In this document: positions 40,293 through 52,237 of the stretch, piece by piece
Numbering within the stretch: the first letter of the stretch is position 1
Layout: each line of letters opens with the position of its first letter
Source: Candidatus Latescibacterota bacterium
GTDB lineage: Bacteria > Latescibacterota > UBA2968 > UBA8231
Length of the DNA: 64,000 nt
Direction of reading: 5' to 3'
Assembly (NCBI GenBank): GCA_965261395.1
Contig: OZ253462.1
Span: 4,128,001 to 4,192,000, forward strand
Notes under the pieces: generated by a model
What the model was told of the DNA's origin: nothing
Databases searched by the model: none
What the model saw: only the letters and a program-made list of their open reading frames with translations
Position numbers and translations under genes: made by a program

Positions 40293-41680
40293 TCCATTGG
40301 CAAGTCAAAACCGCCATCGGCTTAGTGGCAGTAGCGGTCGCTGGGTGGTTCCTATACGAGATTCGCGGAATCCTCACTCCTTTTGTTTTCGCTTTTATCT
40401 TGGCCTATATCCTCTACCCGATCATCGATTGGATAGAGAGGAGGGGGTTGGGGCGGGTTTGGAGCATCCTCCTCGTCTTCTCGCTCGTTTTTGCCGGGCT
40501 GGTGCTGGGCGCATTCAAGGTAGGAGACAAGCTGACCGGAGAAACGGTCGATAGGGTTTTTACTATCGCCAATACTGGAGACAAACTCCTAATCATCCAA
40601 GGGATGGCTTGGGAAGACGATTCGCGGGACCAGCCGTTCGTCCTAAAAAAAGAACACCGCTGGCCGCTAGAGATCGCTCCTATGGAGGAGTTGGCAGTTC
40701 ATCTGCGCTTTGTTCCCAAGGACCACGCACCGGCTGCAAACGCGCTCTTGATCGAGTACTCGCAGGGAAGGGGCACGCACATCCAGCGCATTAGCGTCCA
40801 CGGTAATAGCAATGCGGCCACCGGAGGCCGAGCGGCCGACAAACCGGGTCCCGTTGTGTTTTCGCGTGCCGATATTGGCTTTGGCAAGGCCGACCCCAAC
40901 GTCTTGGTGAAAATCGGCGATAGGATCTTGACGGAAACCAGCGCTAGGGCTTCAAAAATTCAGCCCACGTTACAGCCCTATTTAGGGAGCGATTTCCGCC
41001 TCGCCGAGTTGATTCGGGAGTACGGTGAACGGCTGATGCAAACCATGTTGGGGGGCACTACTATATTTATCGGGGGCGTGATTTCGGGCCTTACTTTTGC
41101 GGTGATCGTGCCGTTTGTGGCGTTCTTTTTTCTTAAAGAGGGGCGGCGCTTGACGCGATGCCTGATTGCATTTGTTCCCAACGCCTATTTTGAATTGTGC
41201 TTAAACCTGATGTACCGAGCCAATAAACAGATCGGGAATTATATCCGTGGCCAGCTTTTGGCTGTTCTCGTCGTATCGGTGCTCTCGATTAGCGGTTTGT
41301 CCATTATCGGCGTCTATTATGCCCTGCCTCTGGGGTTGCTCGCCGGGTTGGCCAACGTAATCCCGTATCTCGGGCCATTGATCGGGATCGTCTGCTCTTC
41401 AATTGTGGCCTTGGCTACCGGCGGTGGTTTGGCGATGGTAGCCAAAGTGATCGTTATGTTCTTGGTCATTCAACTGATCGACAACGTACTCATTCAACCC
41501 ACAATGGTAGCCAAAAGCGTCGAACTGCACCCTTTGGTCGTCCTCTTTGTCGTCATGGTGGGAAGCCAGTTCATGGGAATCATCGGGATGCTAATCGCCG
41601 TGCCGCTCACAGGTATAGCGAAAGTGAGCGGCCAAACCATCTACGAAGGGGTTCGGCAATACCGGTTTAGAGTAGGTTGA
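40289..41680 (+). CDS. AI-2E family transporter with inserted Ig-like domain
   Basis: AYILYP, YIRGQ, IPYLGP, QLIDN and LHP...G...AVP motifs. Confidence 0.88.
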   Translation: MIHWQVKTAIGLVAVAVAGWFLYEIRGILTPFVFAFILAYILYPIIDWIERRGLGRVWSILLVFSLVFAGLVLGAFKVGDKLTGETVDRVFTIANTGDKLLIIQGMAWEDDSRDQPFVLKKEHRWPLEIAPMEELAVHLRFVPKDHAPAANALLIEYSQGRGTHIQRISVHGNSNAATGGRAADKPGPVVFSRADIGFGKADPNVLVKIGDRILTETSARASKIQPTLQPYLGSDFRLAELIREYGERLMQTMLGGTTIFIGGVISGLTFAVIVPFVAFFFLKEGRRLTRCLIAFVPNAYFELCLNLMYRANKQIGNYIRGQLLAVLVVSVLSISGLSIIGVYYALPLGLLAGLANVIPYLGPLIGIVCSSIVALATGGGLAMVAKVIVMFLVIQLIDNVLIQPTMVAKSVELHPLVVLFVVMVGSQFMGIIGMLIAVPLTGIAKVSGQTIYEGVRQYRFRVG

Positions 41681-41773
41681 CAAACCTATATATATTGCTT
41701 AACTACATCCCTTATATCCCGAATTTTGGTAAGAGGCATTTAAGGCCCTTTAGGGGTAGGAGGAATAGATTCA

Positions 41774-42403
41774 TTGGGTAGTTCAATACACTTAGAAAGC
41801 ACGGTGGTGAGCGAACTAGCTCAACGCATAGGGGACGCCCGCAAGCTCTACGGCAATGATAGCCCTTACGTCATAGGTATGATGACGGCGGTCGAATGGA
41901 TAACCCAAGGTGCAGAGGGTGGCCAAGGTCTCAAACAAGACCTGCTCGCCCGTGTTCTGGAGAGCGAGGGAAAGAAACAGCCGTCTCGTCCGCTCCCCAG
42001 CACTGTGGAGAGCAGTCCCCCAACGGACGAGCGCCGCGCCCTAGAGGAAAACACCTGGACTCGAGGCATAGTCAAGTGGTTTAACAACGATAAGGGATAT
42101 GGTTTTATTTCTACAGACAGCCATGTCGATGTCTTCGTTCACTGGCGCGATATTTCATCTTGGGACCGCAGTTTGACCCAAGATGACGAAGTTGAGTTCA
42201 TGGTGACCCGTACCGCCAAGGGGTTCCAAGCCATCAACGTGATGAAGGCCGGCCAAGACAAGGCCGAAGAGGAGACGGCGGAGGCCGCCCCGACCGAGGC
42301 ACTCGACGAAACCGAGGAGGCTGAGAACGTCGCAGTCGACGGCGACCCTTCTGAGAGCGAAGGAAGTGCCCCGGAGCCCCAAGACGGCGAGGACGGGTCG
42401 TAA
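41774..42403 (+). CDS. Cold-shock domain protein with N-terminal extension and acidic tail
   Basis: GIVKWFNNDKGYGFI and DVFVH motifs; AGGAGG RBS before TTG. Confidence 0.85.
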   Translation: MGSSIHLESTVVSELAQRIGDARKLYGNDSPYVIGMMTAVEWITQGAEGGQGLKQDLLARVLESEGKKQPSRPLPSTVESSPPTDERRALEENTWTRGIVKWFNNDKGYGFISTDSHVDVFVHWRDISSWDRSLTQDDEVEFMVTRTAKGFQAINVMKAGQDKAEEETAEAAPTEALDETEEAENVAVDGDPSESEGSAPEPQDGEDGS

Positions 42404-42409
42404 GGGAAG

Positions 42410-43636
42410 ATGAGTAAAAAAACGCCCGATATAGCCTGTTCGTTCTGTGGCAAGGGGGGCGACCAAGTCGAGAAGGTCATTCAGGGGCCTTCGGTGTATA
42501 TATGCAGTGAATGCATCGGCTTGTGCAACGAGAGGCTGGCAGAGGACGATAAGCACGAGCCTAATCTCAACGGCCGTCCTTTGCCTAAACCGGCCGAAAT
42601 CAAGGCCCATCTCGACGAGCATATTATCGGCCAAGCACGAGCCAAAAAGGCACTTTCGGTCGCCGTGTACAATCACTACAAGCGGGTACATTCCGGCGTT
42701 GCAGATGTCCAGCTCAGTAAGAGCAATATCCTACTCATAGGCCCCACCGGAGTGGGCAAGACGCTTTTGGCGGAGACGCTAGCGCGCATATTACAAGTGC
42801 CCTTTGCCATCGTCGATGCCACCGTCCTCACCGAGGCCGGATACGTGGGCGAGGACGTGGAAAATATCCTCGTGCGGCTCCTCCAAGCCGCGGATTACGA
42901 TGTCAAACAAGCCGAGCGCGGAATCTTGTTTATCGACGAGTTGGACAAAGTCGCCCGCAAATCCGGCAATCCCTCCATAACCCGCGACGTTTCAGGCGAA
43001 GGAGTCCAACAGGAGCTTCTCAAGATCTTAGAGGGGACAGTGTCGGGGGTGCCACCGAAGGGGGGACGTAAGCATCCAGAACAGCCCTTGGTACAGATAA
43101 ACACTAAAAATATTCTCTTTATTTGCGGAGGGGCTTTCGATGGGCTGGACAAAATTATCAGCCAGCGCATCGGAACCCAGTCCATGGGCTTCGGCAGTTC
43201 CCTCGACGACCGAGAGGAAGTGGACGGGGCCAATCTATTGGCGCGGGTCGAACCCGAAGAATTGATCCAGTACGGCCTGATTCCCGAGTTGATTGGCCGC
43301 TTGCCGGTGGTGGGTATCTTGCACCCCTTCAGCGATCAGGCGCTAATGGACATCCTGCTTAAACCGCGGAACGCACTCGTCAAACAGTACCAGAAGCTGT
43401 TTGAAATAGACGGCATTGCCCTGCGGTTTGAAGAGGAGGCCTTGAAAAAGGTCGTCGAATTGACCCAAGAAAAGGAAATGGGCGCGCGCGGTCTGCGGGC
43501 GGTCTTAGAGACCGTCATGTTTGAAATCATGTTTGACCTCCCGGCCCAAGACGACATCGCCGAATGCGTCATTACCAAGGAGTTCATCGAAAACAAGGCC
43601 CCGCCGACTTTCGTGTATAACAAGAAGCGGGCTTGA
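42410..43636 (+). CDS. clpX: ATP-dependent Clp protease ATP-binding subunit ClpX
   Basis: CSFCGK zinc finger, [20 protein letters not shown] and RKHP motifs. Confidence 0.97.
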   Translation: MSKKTPDIACSFCGKGGDQVEKVIQGPSVYICSECIGLCNERLAEDDKHEPNLNGRPLPKPAEIKAHLDEHIIGQARAKKALSVAVYNHYKRVHSGVADVQLSKSNILLIGPTGVGKTLLAETLARILQVPFAIVDATVLTEAGYVGEDVENILVRLLQAADYDVKQAERGILFIDELDKVARKSGNPSITRDVSGEGVQQELLKILEGTVSGVPPKGGRKHPEQPLVQINTKNILFICGGAFDGLDKIISQRIGTQSMGFGSSLDDREEVDGANLLARVEPEELIQYGLIPELIGRLPVVGILHPFSDQALMDILLKPRNALVKQYQKLFEIDGIALRFEEEALKKVVELTQEKEMGARGLRAVLETVMFEIMFDLPAQDDIAECVITKEFIENKAPPTFVYNKKRA

Positions 43637-43725
43637 TCCCCAAGCCGGGCGTTGAGCTTTACACCGTGTCCCTTCTCTACCAGCGCGTTCGCTGGCGGAG
43701 AAGGGTTTTTTATGAGAAAAGCGCA

Positions 43726-45009
43726 ATGTATTCTAGGCATTATCCATCGCGGGTGCTGTGGCGGCATCAGCCTGCGGCCACAGCGGTAGCCACGGTCGGG
43801 GAAGTGGCCGTGCGGGGGCGGCTCCTCCACTTCGCCGAAGGGCGGGGGAGGATCATGGACGAGAGCGGAGAGGTTGATTTCGTCGTGAAGACGCAGGCAG
43901 AAAGAATAAAAGCTGGAGATATAGTCGAGCTATATGGGGTTGCTGCAGAAGGAGTTATAGACGTTAGTCAAGTCCATTTATTAGTCCCTAGCGACGCGGC
44001 ATGGCATCGGGGGGATTGGGCACGGTTCCACTCCAATGAGTTACAGGCGAATATGCGAGTGCGAGCCGCAGTGTTAGACGCCATACGCGGTTTTTTTAAG
44101 GACGCGAACTTCCTCGCTGTGGAGACGCCCACTTTGGCTCGTGCCTCGGCGCAAGAGGAGCACATCCAGCTATTCGCCACAGAGTACCAGGGTGATAAAG
44201 CGCAAGAGCAATTTTATCTGGCCCCCTCTCCCGAGCTGTACATGAAGCGGTTGCTAGGGGCGGGCTTTGAGCGGATTTACCAGATTAGTCGCTCGTACCG
44301 CAATGGGGAGATGGGGCCGCAACACAATCCCGAGTTTACCCTAATCGAATGGTATCGGGCGTACGCCAGTTACGAGGAAATCATGGCCGATGTCGAGAAT
44401 TTGGTGGCCCATGTGGCGGAAAACGTCTTGGGACGGTCGAGCGTGGTTCGGGCAGGACGCGAGATCGCCTTGCAGCCGCCGTGGAAGCGGTTCAGCGTCC
44501 GCGATGCCTTTGCGCGCTGGGCGGCCGTCGATTTGGAGGCCTGTACAGACGCGGGATCGCTTTTTCGTCGCGCATGTGCCTTGGGCTATGGCAGCGCTAG
44601 ACGAGGGGATAGGTGGGAGGTCCTATATCACAAAATTATGCTGGAAAAAGTCGAGCCAGAATTGGCTAGACTAGGGGCGGTCCACCTTTTCGATTATCCT
44701 CGGCAGTTGGCCGCATTGGCCAAACTAAAAGAAGACAATCCGGCTGTAGCCGAGAGGACGGAAGCGTATTTGGGAGGGGTGGAGCTATCAAATGGCTATA
44801 CAGAGTTAAACGACCCAGTCCAACAGCGAGAGCGTTTTGCGCGGGGCTCGCGGTCGGGGCGCGCACCGGCCGACGAGGCGTTTCTCGCGGCTATGGAGCG
44901 GGGCATTCCGCCGGCTGGTGGTGTGGCCTTGGGGTTGGATCGGTTGGTCATGGTCGTTGCCGGCGCGTCTTGCTTAGACGAGGTGATCGCCTTTCCGCTG
45001 GGTCATTAG
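43726..45009 (+). CDS. epmA: EF-P lysine aminoacylase EpmA/GenX-like protein with N-terminal OB-like domain
   Basis: [15 protein letters not shown]...[21 protein letters not shown] and GVALGLDRL motifs. Confidence 0.8.
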   Translation: MYSRHYPSRVLWRHQPAATAVATVGEVAVRGRLLHFAEGRGRIMDESGEVDFVVKTQAERIKAGDIVELYGVAAEGVIDVSQVHLLVPSDAAWHRGDWARFHSNELQANMRVRAAVLDAIRGFFKDANFLAVETPTLARASAQEEHIQLFATEYQGDKAQEQFYLAPSPELYMKRLLGAGFERIYQISRSYRNGEMGPQHNPEFTLIEWYRAYASYEEIMADVENLVAHVAENVLGRSSVVRAGREIALQPPWKRFSVRDAFARWAAVDLEACTDAGSLFRRACALGYGSARRGDRWEVLYHKIMLEKVEPELARLGAVHLFDYPRQLAALAKLKEDNPAVAERTEAYLGGVELSNGYTELNDPVQQRERFARGSRSGRAPADEAFLAAMERGIPPAGGVALGLDRLVMVVAGASCLDEVIAFPLGH

Positions 45010-45611
45010 TCGGCGAGGGCTGCCAGCTCTTTTTCGGACGCCAGCAGGCCGTCGATTAGGCCGAAGTCGATCGCCTCTGCCGGCGAAAGAAAGTAATCGC
45101 GCTCGGTTACTAGCTCGATGCGCTCGAGCGGCTGTCCGGTATCCTGGACTAAGATCTGGTTGAGCCGGTCGCGCCACTCGACGATTTCGCGGGCGTGGAT
45201 TTCGATGTCGGCCGCTTGGCCGCGGACGCCTCCCCAAGGCTGGTGCAGCATGAGCCGAGAATGAGCAAGGGCGTGGCGCTTGCCCTTAGTTCCTCCGGCG
45301 AGGAGGATAGCGCTCATGCTGTACGCTTGGCCGATGCAGAGTGTCGCTACGTCGCAGGGGACGTACTTCATGGTGTCGTAGATAGCTAAGCCGGCCGTGA
45401 GGCTGCCGCCGGGGCTATTGATGTAGAGCGAGATGTCTTTCTTGGGATCTTCTGAGGTCAGAAAGAGCAGTTGAGCGATGACGAGGTTGGCTTCGTGGTC
45501 GTCGATCGGGGTACTGATGAAGATGATCCGCTCCTTGAGGAGGCGGGAAAAAATGTCGTAGGCGCGCTCGCCGCGGCCGGTCTGTTCGATTACTACGGGT
45601 ACGATTGCCAT
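45006..45611 (-). CDS. clpP: ATP-dependent Clp protease proteolytic subunit
   Basis: [20 protein letters not shown], catalytic Ser (AYSM), HQP and ERD. Confidence 0.97.
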   Translation of the reverse strand: MAIVPVVIEQTGRGERAYDIFSRLLKERIIFISTPIDDHEANLVIAQLLFLTSEDPKKDISLYINSPGGSLTAGLAIYDTMKYVPCDVATLCIGQAYSMSAILLAGGTKGKRHALAHSRLMLHQPWGGVRGQAADIEIHAREIVEWRDRLNQILVQDTGQPLERIELVTERDYFLSPAEAIDFGLIDGLLASEKELAALAD

Positions 45612-45655
45612 GTGCTATTCTGTCGTGAGAAGAGAACCGATTAACTGGTTAATGG

Positions 45656-45684
45656 ACTATAGGCGATGCCCAATATAGTGTCAA
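45656..45684 (-). promoter_or_regulatory. sigma70 promoter for clpP
   Basis: TTGACA-17 nt-TATAGT on the minus strand. Confidence 0.75.
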
Positions 45685-45703
45685 TGGGCACTGCTCAGAT
45701 CGG

Positions 45704-45732
45704 TTGACCGCGCTAGGGCGGCGCGGTACATT
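45704..45732 (+). promoter_or_regulatory. sigma70 promoter for coaE-gcvT (divergent from clpP)
   Basis: TTGACC-17 nt-TACATT. Confidence 0.6.
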
Positions 45733-45843
45733 TTATCCCGTTCGCAGCACGTTGTTGCCTACCGAAAGTCAATACCTTAACTCACTGCAAGGCATAGTGG
45801 TACGATTTTTTGAGTTCTGTTGCTTGGCCCTAGCTGGTCGCGG

Positions 45844-46470
45844 GTGCACGTGCGCGTAGGGATTACGGGCGGCATGGGTGCGGGCAAGTCCGCACTGGCG
45901 CAGATGCTGGCCGAACTCGGTGCGCTGCGGGTCGATGCCGACGAAGTAGCCCGCGAGGTGGCGAAAATCCCAGCGGTGATCGAGAATCTGCAAGTGGCCT
46001 TCGGCCGCGATTTGCTTGGCCCAGACGGGTGCTTGAACCGCCAGGAGTTGGGGCGTCGCGCCCTGCGGTCGGACGAGGCGAGCCAGCGATTAGAGGCGAT
46101 TATGCGGCCGCCACTATCAGCGGCCATAGAGCGTCGGCTGGCGCAGGCCGTGGAGGAAGCTGGTGGTGGAGTCGTGGTATTTGACGCTCCGCTGATATAC
46201 GAGTGGGGAAACGAGGGGAACTTCGACCGGATGGTGGTGGTCGATGCTGAGGAGGAACGGTGCGTGTCGCGGGTGCAGCAGCGCAGCGGCTTGCCAGTGT
46301 GCGAGATTAGGCAGCGGATGGCCCGCCAGATGGATACACAAGAAAAAAAGGCCCGCGCCGACTTTGTCATTGACAACAACAAGGGCTTGGCCTCACTCGC
46401 CGCGCAGGCGGAAGCACTGTGGGCCGAGTTGGTCGGTGCCGCGCAGGAAAGAGGCAGCCATGACAGATGA
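45844..46470 (+). CDS. coaE: Dephospho-CoA kinase
   Basis: GITGGMGAGKS, DAD, DAPLIYE and ADFVIDN motifs. Confidence 0.93.
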   Translation: MHVRVGITGGMGAGKSALAQMLAELGALRVDADEVAREVAKIPAVIENLQVAFGRDLLGPDGCLNRQELGRRALRSDEASQRLEAIMRPPLSAAIERRLAQAVEEAGGGVVVFDAPLIYEWGNEGNFDRMVVVDAEEERCVSRVQQRSGLPVCEIRQRMARQMDTQEKKARADFVIDNNKGLASLAAQAEALWAELVGAAQERGSHDR

Positions 46471-47569
46471 GGGTTTGCGGCGGACGCCGCTCTATGAGGT
46501 CGCCGTCGCCGAAGGTGGGCGCATGGCATCCTTTGGCGGGTGGGAAATGCCGGTCCAGTTCGAGGGCATCCGCAGCGAGCACTGGGCAGTGCGCCGAGAG
46601 GCTGGGCTGTTCGACATCTCACATATGGGTCGGATCGCCATTTCCGGGGAGCGCGGGTTGGCCTTCCTCGACAGCCTCTTGCCGGCACGGGTACGCGAAT
46701 TGACCATCGACCAGATGCTCTACGCACCACTGTGCAATGAGCGGGGGGGATGCGTGGACGATCTAGTGGTGTACCGGCTCGCACAGCAGGAGTATCTTTT
46801 GGTGGTCAACGCGAGCCGGAAAGCCGTTGACTGGCAGTGGATTACCGCGCGCGCCGCGGGTTGGTCGAATGTACAAATCGAGGACTTGAGCGATGAACAG
46901 GGCATGGTAGCGGTGCAGGGGCCACAGGCCGCCGCCCTAGTCGAAGCACTCGCTGGACCGGCTAGTGCGGCGCTGGGGTACTATCGCTGCGCGGTGATGG
47001 AGATCGCCGGGATACGAGCGTTGATCAGCCGCAATGGTTACACCGGAGAAGACGGGTTTGAGATCATGTGCCTGGCCAACCAAGTCGCCGAACTGTGGGC
47101 GCGGCTCCGCTCGTCCGGTGCCCAGCCTTGTGGGCTAGGCGCGCGCGACACCTTGCGAGTCGAGATGGGGTTTTGCCTCTATGGCCACGAATTGAACGAG
47201 CAGACGACCCCCTTAGAAGCGGGTTTGGCCTGGACCTTGGACTTAAAAAAAGAGGCGAATTTTGTCGGGGCTGAAGCGCTGCGGGCGCAGCGCACGGCCG
47301 GAGGCTATCGCCGCCTGCGCGGCTTCCGCCTGCTGGAAAGGGGGATTCCCCGGCCGGATTATCCGGTTTTCGACCAGCGCGATGAGCAGGTGGGTACCGT
47401 GACCAGTGGGACGCACTCTCCGGTACTCGGCGAAGGGATCGGACTGGCCTATTTGCAGAGCAGTGCGCAAAAAATAGGCACCCAGGTGTACATCGACATG
47501 AAGGGCAAGCGGCAACCCGCCGTGGTGGTCAAGCTGCCCTTTGTACCTTCAGCCCTTAAAAAGGACTGA
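46460..47569 (+). CDS. gcvT: Glycine cleavage system aminomethyltransferase T
   Basis: [23 protein letters not shown] and GLGARDTLR motifs. Confidence 0.96.
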   Translation: MTDEGLRRTPLYEVAVAEGGRMASFGGWEMPVQFEGIRSEHWAVRREAGLFDISHMGRIAISGERGLAFLDSLLPARVRELTIDQMLYAPLCNERGGCVDDLVVYRLAQQEYLLVVNASRKAVDWQWITARAAGWSNVQIEDLSDEQGMVAVQGPQAAALVEALAGPASAALGYYRCAVMEIAGIRALISRNGYTGEDGFEIMCLANQVAELWARLRSSGAQPCGLGARDTLRVEMGFCLYGHELNEQTTPLEAGLAWTLDLKKEANFVGAEALRAQRTAGGYRRLRGFRLLERGIPRPDYPVFDQRDEQVGTVTSGTHSPVLGEGIGLAYLQSSAQKIGTQVYIDMKGKRQPAVVVKLPFVPSALKKD

Positions 47570-47616
47570 ACTGCAACATCTTAACCGCTGCCTGCAGGCA
47601 GTGCAACGGAGGTCGC

Positions 47617-50469
47617 ATGGGCGACGAATTTGGACCTAGCGATGTTTTTGTCCGCCGGCACATCGGCCCTACGGCCGCAGACCTAGCCGCCATGCTCGCG
47701 GCCGTGGGTGCCGACAGCTTGGACGACCTCATGGCTGAGGCCCTGCCGGCGGCGATTCGGATGCAAGGTCCCTTGGCGCTAGGCGAAGGCATCAGCGAGT
47801 ACGAGCTGATAGGGCGGTTGCGCGAATTAGCCAGCCAGAATCGCATACACCGCAGTTTTATCGGCATGGGCTACTCAGACTGCATAACCCCTCCGGTGAT
47901 CCAGCGCAGCATCTTGGAGAATCCAGGCTGGTACACCCAGTACACGCCCTACCAGTCCGAAATCGCTCAAGGGCGACTAGAGGCCCTGCTCAACTTTCAG
48001 ACCATGGTCGGCGACCTGACGGGTTTTGCCTTGGCCAATGCCTCCTTGTTGGACGAAGCTACGGCCGCGGCCGAAGCCATTGCCATGTTGCGGGCGGTAC
48101 AAAAGAAAAACGCGAGCCAGCGCGTCTTTGTCTCATCGGCTTGCCACCCGCAAACCATAGCGGTGGTCAAGGTCAGGGCCGAGTCGCGGGGGTGGGAGGT
48201 TGTAGTAGGGGATCATCGAGAGTACGACTTTGCGACCGAGGCCTTCGCCGCCTTGCTCCAGTACCCGGCCTCAGACGGCGCTCTATACGACTACGCCGAC
48301 TTCTGCGCTCAGGCTCACGCCCATCAAACCTTAGTATGTGTGGCGGTCGATTTGCTCGCTCTGTGTTTGCTGCGACCCCCGGGGGAGTTTGGGGCCGATG
48401 CGGCTATCGGGAGTGCGCAGCGCTTTGGTATGCCGATGGGGTACGGTGGCCCGCACGCGGCCTTTTTGGCGACGCGCCCCGAGTTCCAGCGGCAGGTACC
48501 TGGGCGCATTATCGGCGTCTCTGAGGACGGCCGCGGCCAGCCCGCCCTGCGCATGGCACTGCAAACCCGCGAACAGCACATCAAACGAGAACGGGCTACG
48601 AGCAACATCTGTACGGCCGAAGTCTTGCCGGCCGTGGTGGCGAGCATGTACGCGGTCTATCACGGGCCGGACGGGTTGCGGCGCATAGCCCTCCGCATAC
48701 ACCGCCAAGCGCGGGCGCTCGCCCGCGGGCTGGCGGAAGCCGGCTACCGAGTCGTCCACGATCAGTACTTCGACGCACTGCGCGTTGAGGTGGGGGCGCG
48801 TGGAGACGAGCTATTGGCTCAGGCGCGGGCTGAGGGGATGAACTTCCGCGATCTGGGGGATGGGCACTGGGGTATTGCTCTCGACGAAACGACCCACAAG
48901 GCCGATTTGCAAGCCATTCTCGCCTTGCTGGGCGGTAAGCTCCCCGCCCAAGTCGATGCAGAGCCTGCTTGGGCACCTGTCCACGGCCGCCACTCGCACT
49001 TCATGGAGCATCCAGTCTTTGCGGCGCATCACTCCGAAACCGAAATGATGCGCTACATGCGCCGGCTCGAAGCCAAGGATATGTCCTTGGTCCACGCGAT
49101 GATTCCCCTCGGCTCGTGTACCATGAAGCTCAATGCGACCGCGGAAATGATGGCGATTACTTGGCCCGAATTCGCTGCGTTGCATCCATTTGCACCCGTA
49201 GAGCAAGCCCAGGGCTACGCGGCGATTTTCGCTGAAATGGAGGACATGCTGCGCGAAATCACCGGCCTCAAGGGCATTTCGCTGCAACCCAACGCGGGTT
49301 CGCAGGGCGAATACGCCGGCCTACTCATCGTGCGCAAATACCACCGGACGCGCGGAGAGGCCCAGCGAAACGTCTGCCTCATTCCGGCTTCGGCCCATGG
49401 GACGAACCCCGCTAGCGCGGCTATGGCCGGGTTGGCCGTGGTGGTCGTCGCCTGCGACGCCGAGGGCAATATAGACTTGGCGGACCTGCGGGCGAAGGCC
49501 GCCGCACACTGCGAGCGGCTGGCGGCCCTGATGGTGACCTATCCATCAACCCACGGGGTGTTTGAAGAGGCCATTGGCGAAATCTGCGCGGTCGTCCACC
49601 AAGCGGGAGGTCAGGTCTATATGGACGGCGCCAATATGAATGCCTTGGTGGGATTGTGCCGGCCCGGGGAAATCGGCATTGACGTGTGCCATTTGAATTT
49701 GCACAAGACCTTTTGCATCCCCCACGGCGGCGGCGGTCCGGGGATGGGGCCTATTGCCGTGGCCGAGCACTTGGTGGAGTTCCTGCCGGCGCACCCCCTC
49801 GTCCATACCGGTGGAGCCGAGTCCATTGGCCCCATTGCGGCTGCTCCGTGGGGCAGTGCCTCGATTCTGCTCATATCTTGGGCGTACTTGCGGCTGATGG
49901 GCGGCTCGGGCCTCGCCGAGGCGACTCAGGTGGCGATCCTAAATGCCAATTATCTGAGCAGCCGTCTCGTAGATTCTTTCCCTGTGTTATATAAGGGGCG
50001 CAACGGGCGCGTGGCCCACGAGTGCATTCTCGACCTGCGCTGGGCGCGAGAGTACGGCATTGGCGTAGAAGACGTGGCTAAGCGGTTGATGGACTATGGA
50101 TTCCACGCCCCTACGGTATCCTTCCCAGTCGTCGGGACCCTGATGGTCGAACCTACCGAGAGCGAGTCCAAGGCCGAATTGGATCGGTTTTGCGAGGCCA
50201 TGATCGCCATTGGCGGTGAAATCCGGCAAGTAGCTGACGGGGAGATGGACCGCGCCAATAACCCGCTCGTCCACGCGCCGCACCCCTTGGATGTCGTGCT
50301 GGCCGCCGAGTGGGATCGGCCCTATTCTAGAACCGTTGCCGCCCTGCCGGCCCCTTGGCTGCTGGAGCGCAAGTTCTGGCCGGCTGTAGGGAGATTGAAC
50401 GACGCGCAGGGCGATCGCAACCTGATCTGTTCCTGTCCACCTGTAGAAACGTACTTACAAAAGGAATGA
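47617..50469 (+). CDS. gcvP: Glycine dehydrogenase (decarboxylating), single-chain P protein
   Basis: [29 protein letters not shown] and EPTESE motifs. Confidence 0.97.
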   Translation: MGDEFGPSDVFVRRHIGPTAADLAAMLAAVGADSLDDLMAEALPAAIRMQGPLALGEGISEYELIGRLRELASQNRIHRSFIGMGYSDCITPPVIQRSILENPGWYTQYTPYQSEIAQGRLEALLNFQTMVGDLTGFALANASLLDEATAAAEAIAMLRAVQKKNASQRVFVSSACHPQTIAVVKVRAESRGWEVVVGDHREYDFATEAFAALLQYPASDGALYDYADFCAQAHAHQTLVCVAVDLLALCLLRPPGEFGADAAIGSAQRFGMPMGYGGPHAAFLATRPEFQRQVPGRIIGVSEDGRGQPALRMALQTREQHIKRERATSNICTAEVLPAVVASMYAVYHGPDGLRRIALRIHRQARALARGLAEAGYRVVHDQYFDALRVEVGARGDELLAQARAEGMNFRDLGDGHWGIALDETTHKADLQAILALLGGKLPAQVDAEPAWAPVHGRHSHFMEHPVFAAHHSETEMMRYMRRLEAKDMSLVHAMIPLGSCTMKLNATAEMMAITWPEFAALHPFAPVEQAQGYAAIFAEMEDMLREITGLKGISLQPNAGSQGEYAGLLIVRKYHRTRGEAQRNVCLIPASAHGTNPASAAMAGLAVVVVACDAEGNIDLADLRAKAAAHCERLAALMVTYPSTHGVFEEAIGEICAVVHQAGGQVYMDGANMNALVGLCRPGEIGIDVCHLNLHKTFCIPHGGGGPGMGPIAVAEHLVEFLPAHPLVHTGGAESIGPIAAAPWGSASILLISWAYLRLMGGSGLAEATQVAILNANYLSSRLVDSFPVLYKGRNGRVAHECILDLRWAREYGIGVEDVAKRLMDYGFHAPTVSFPVVGTLMVEPTESESKAELDRFCEAMIAIGGEIRQVADGEMDRANNPLVHAPHPLDVVLAAEWDRPYSRTVAALPAPWLLERKFWPAVGRLNDAQGDRNLICSCPPVETYLQKE

Positions 50470-50470
50470 G

Positions 50471-51481
50471 ATGAGTCAGAAACGCGCCTTAATCACCGGC
50501 ATTACCGGCCAGGACGGTTCGTACTTGGCCGAATTGCTGTTGGAAAAGGGCTATGAGGTCTTTGGGCTGGTGCGCCGCAGTAGCACGGTCAATTTCGAGC
50601 GGATCGGCCATTTGCAGGACCAAATTGAGCTGATCTCTGGCGATCTGTTGGACCAGAAGTCGCTGGTTTCGGCGCTGCAGGCCGCGCGACCGCAGGAAGT
50701 GTACAATCTGGGTGCCCAGTCCTTTATCCCGGTCTCTTGGGAGCAGCCCATGTTGACCGGCGAGATCACCGGCTTGGGCGTGACGCGGCTGCTCGAAGCC
50801 ATCCGCACCTGCGACGAGAACATTCGCTTTTACCAAGCCAGTACCAGTGAGCTGTTCGGCAAGGCACAGGAAACGCCGCAGAACGAGCAAACGGCTTTCT
50901 ATCCGCGTTCGCCCTACGGGGTGTCCAAGCTCTACGCGCATTGGATCACCATCAACTATCGCGAAAGCTACGGTCTGTTTGCCTGCACGGGCATTCTCTT
51001 CAATCACGAGTCGCCGCGCCGCGGGCGCGAATTCGTCACCCGTAAAATCACGCATGGCGTGGCCCGCATCAAATGCGGGTTGGACCAAGAGCTGCGCCTT
51101 GGAGACCTAGCTCCTCGCCGCGATTGGGGCTATGCGGGCGACTTTGTCCGCGCGATGTGGATGATGCTCCAACAGGACGAACCCGACGATTACGTCATTG
51201 CCACGGGCACTACCCGCACCATTGGTGAATTCTGCGAGGTTGCCTTTGCCCACGCCGGCTTGGACTGGCGGCAATACGTGGTCCTGGATGAGCGTTTTTT
51301 GCGCCCCGCAGAGGTGTATACCCTGTTGGGCGATGCGACCAAGGCACGGGAAAAACTCGGTTGGGAACCTGAGGTCGGCTTTGAGGAGATGGTACGGCAG
51401 ATGGTTGACTGTGACTTAGAGCAGGTGGCCCATCAGTCGGCCCCAGGACTGAGGCCGGACTGCCCGCCACTGCGGCGATAG
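50471..51481 (+). CDS. gmd: GDP-mannose 4,6-dehydratase
   Basis: [31 protein letters not shown] and RDWGYA motifs. Confidence 0.96.
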   Translation: MSQKRALITGITGQDGSYLAELLLEKGYEVFGLVRRSSTVNFERIGHLQDQIELISGDLLDQKSLVSALQAARPQEVYNLGAQSFIPVSWEQPMLTGEITGLGVTRLLEAIRTCDENIRFYQASTSELFGKAQETPQNEQTAFYPRSPYGVSKLYAHWITINYRESYGLFACTGILFNHESPRRGREFVTRKITHGVARIKCGLDQELRLGDLAPRRDWGYAGDFVRAMWMMLQQDEPDDYVIATGTTRTIGEFCEVAFAHAGLDWRQYVVLDERFLRPAEVYTLLGDATKAREKLGWEPEVGFEEMVRQMVDCDLEQVAHQSAPGLRPDCPPLRR

Positions 51482-52197
51482 CGGCGGCTGAACTTGCGGA
51501 TCTGGCCGCATATCGTCTGAATCGCCCGCACATCGCGGACTTCCAAATCGACCTTGTTGAAGAAGCGGCGCAGCACTCGGCCGAAGTGATCCGGCTCGTT
51601 GTTGTACGGGGTAAACTCTATCTCGGCAAGGGCTTGCAGGATCTGGGCGTACATTTGCTCGCGCTCGCCGGCCGTAGCTAGGTGCACAGGCGGATCCGGC
51701 GGCTTTTCGCCCACGGCCGCATACAGGCCATAGGTGAGCAGGAGCACGGCGTGGGAGAGGTTGAGGGAGGGATAGGCCACGGCCGTGGGGAACCTCAGCA
51801 CTTGGTGGCAGAGCGCGAGTTCCTCATGCCACAAGCCGTCCCTTTCGCGCCCGAACACAAGGGCGATCCGCCGGTCATGCACTTGAGTGGCTAGTTGGGC
51901 AATCAGAGGCTCCGGCGCGGAAGTAACCGTGCGGAAGCGGCCCTGCCGATGGGTGGTGCCGACGACGATGTAGCAATCAGCTACGGCCGCTGCGAGGCTG
52001 GGGAAGACTTGGCTGCCGTCGAGGATATCGCCCGCGCCGTGGGCAAAGGTGCGCGCTTCTGGCGTATCCCACGCCCCGGGATTGACCAAAGCCAACTGGC
52101 TTATGCCCGTGGTTTTGAGCACGCGGGCCGTAGCGCCGATATTGCCGGGCGTCGCTGGCTCGACGAGCACGACGCGGATGTTGTCGAGAGGATTCAT
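51433..52197 (-). CDS. TrmJ/LasT family RNA 2'-O-methyltransferase (SPOUT)
   Basis: [17 protein letters not shown] and SLNLSHAV motifs. Confidence 0.9.
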   Translation of the reverse strand: MNPLDNIRVVLVEPATPGNIGATARVLKTTGISQLALVNPGAWDTPEARTFAHGAGDILDGSQVFPSLAAAVADCYIVVGTTHRQGRFRTVTSAPEPLIAQLATQVHDRRIALVFGRERDGLWHEELALCHQVLRFPTAVAYPSLNLSHAVLLLTYGLYAAVGEKPPDPPVHLATAGEREQMYAQILQALAEIEFTPYNNEPDHFGRVLRRFFNKVDLEVRDVRAIQTICGQIRKFSRRYRRSGGQSGLSPGAD

Positions 52198-52237
52198 GCG
52201 GCTCGCCAAACTAAACCAAGAAGGACACTGCGCGCCA

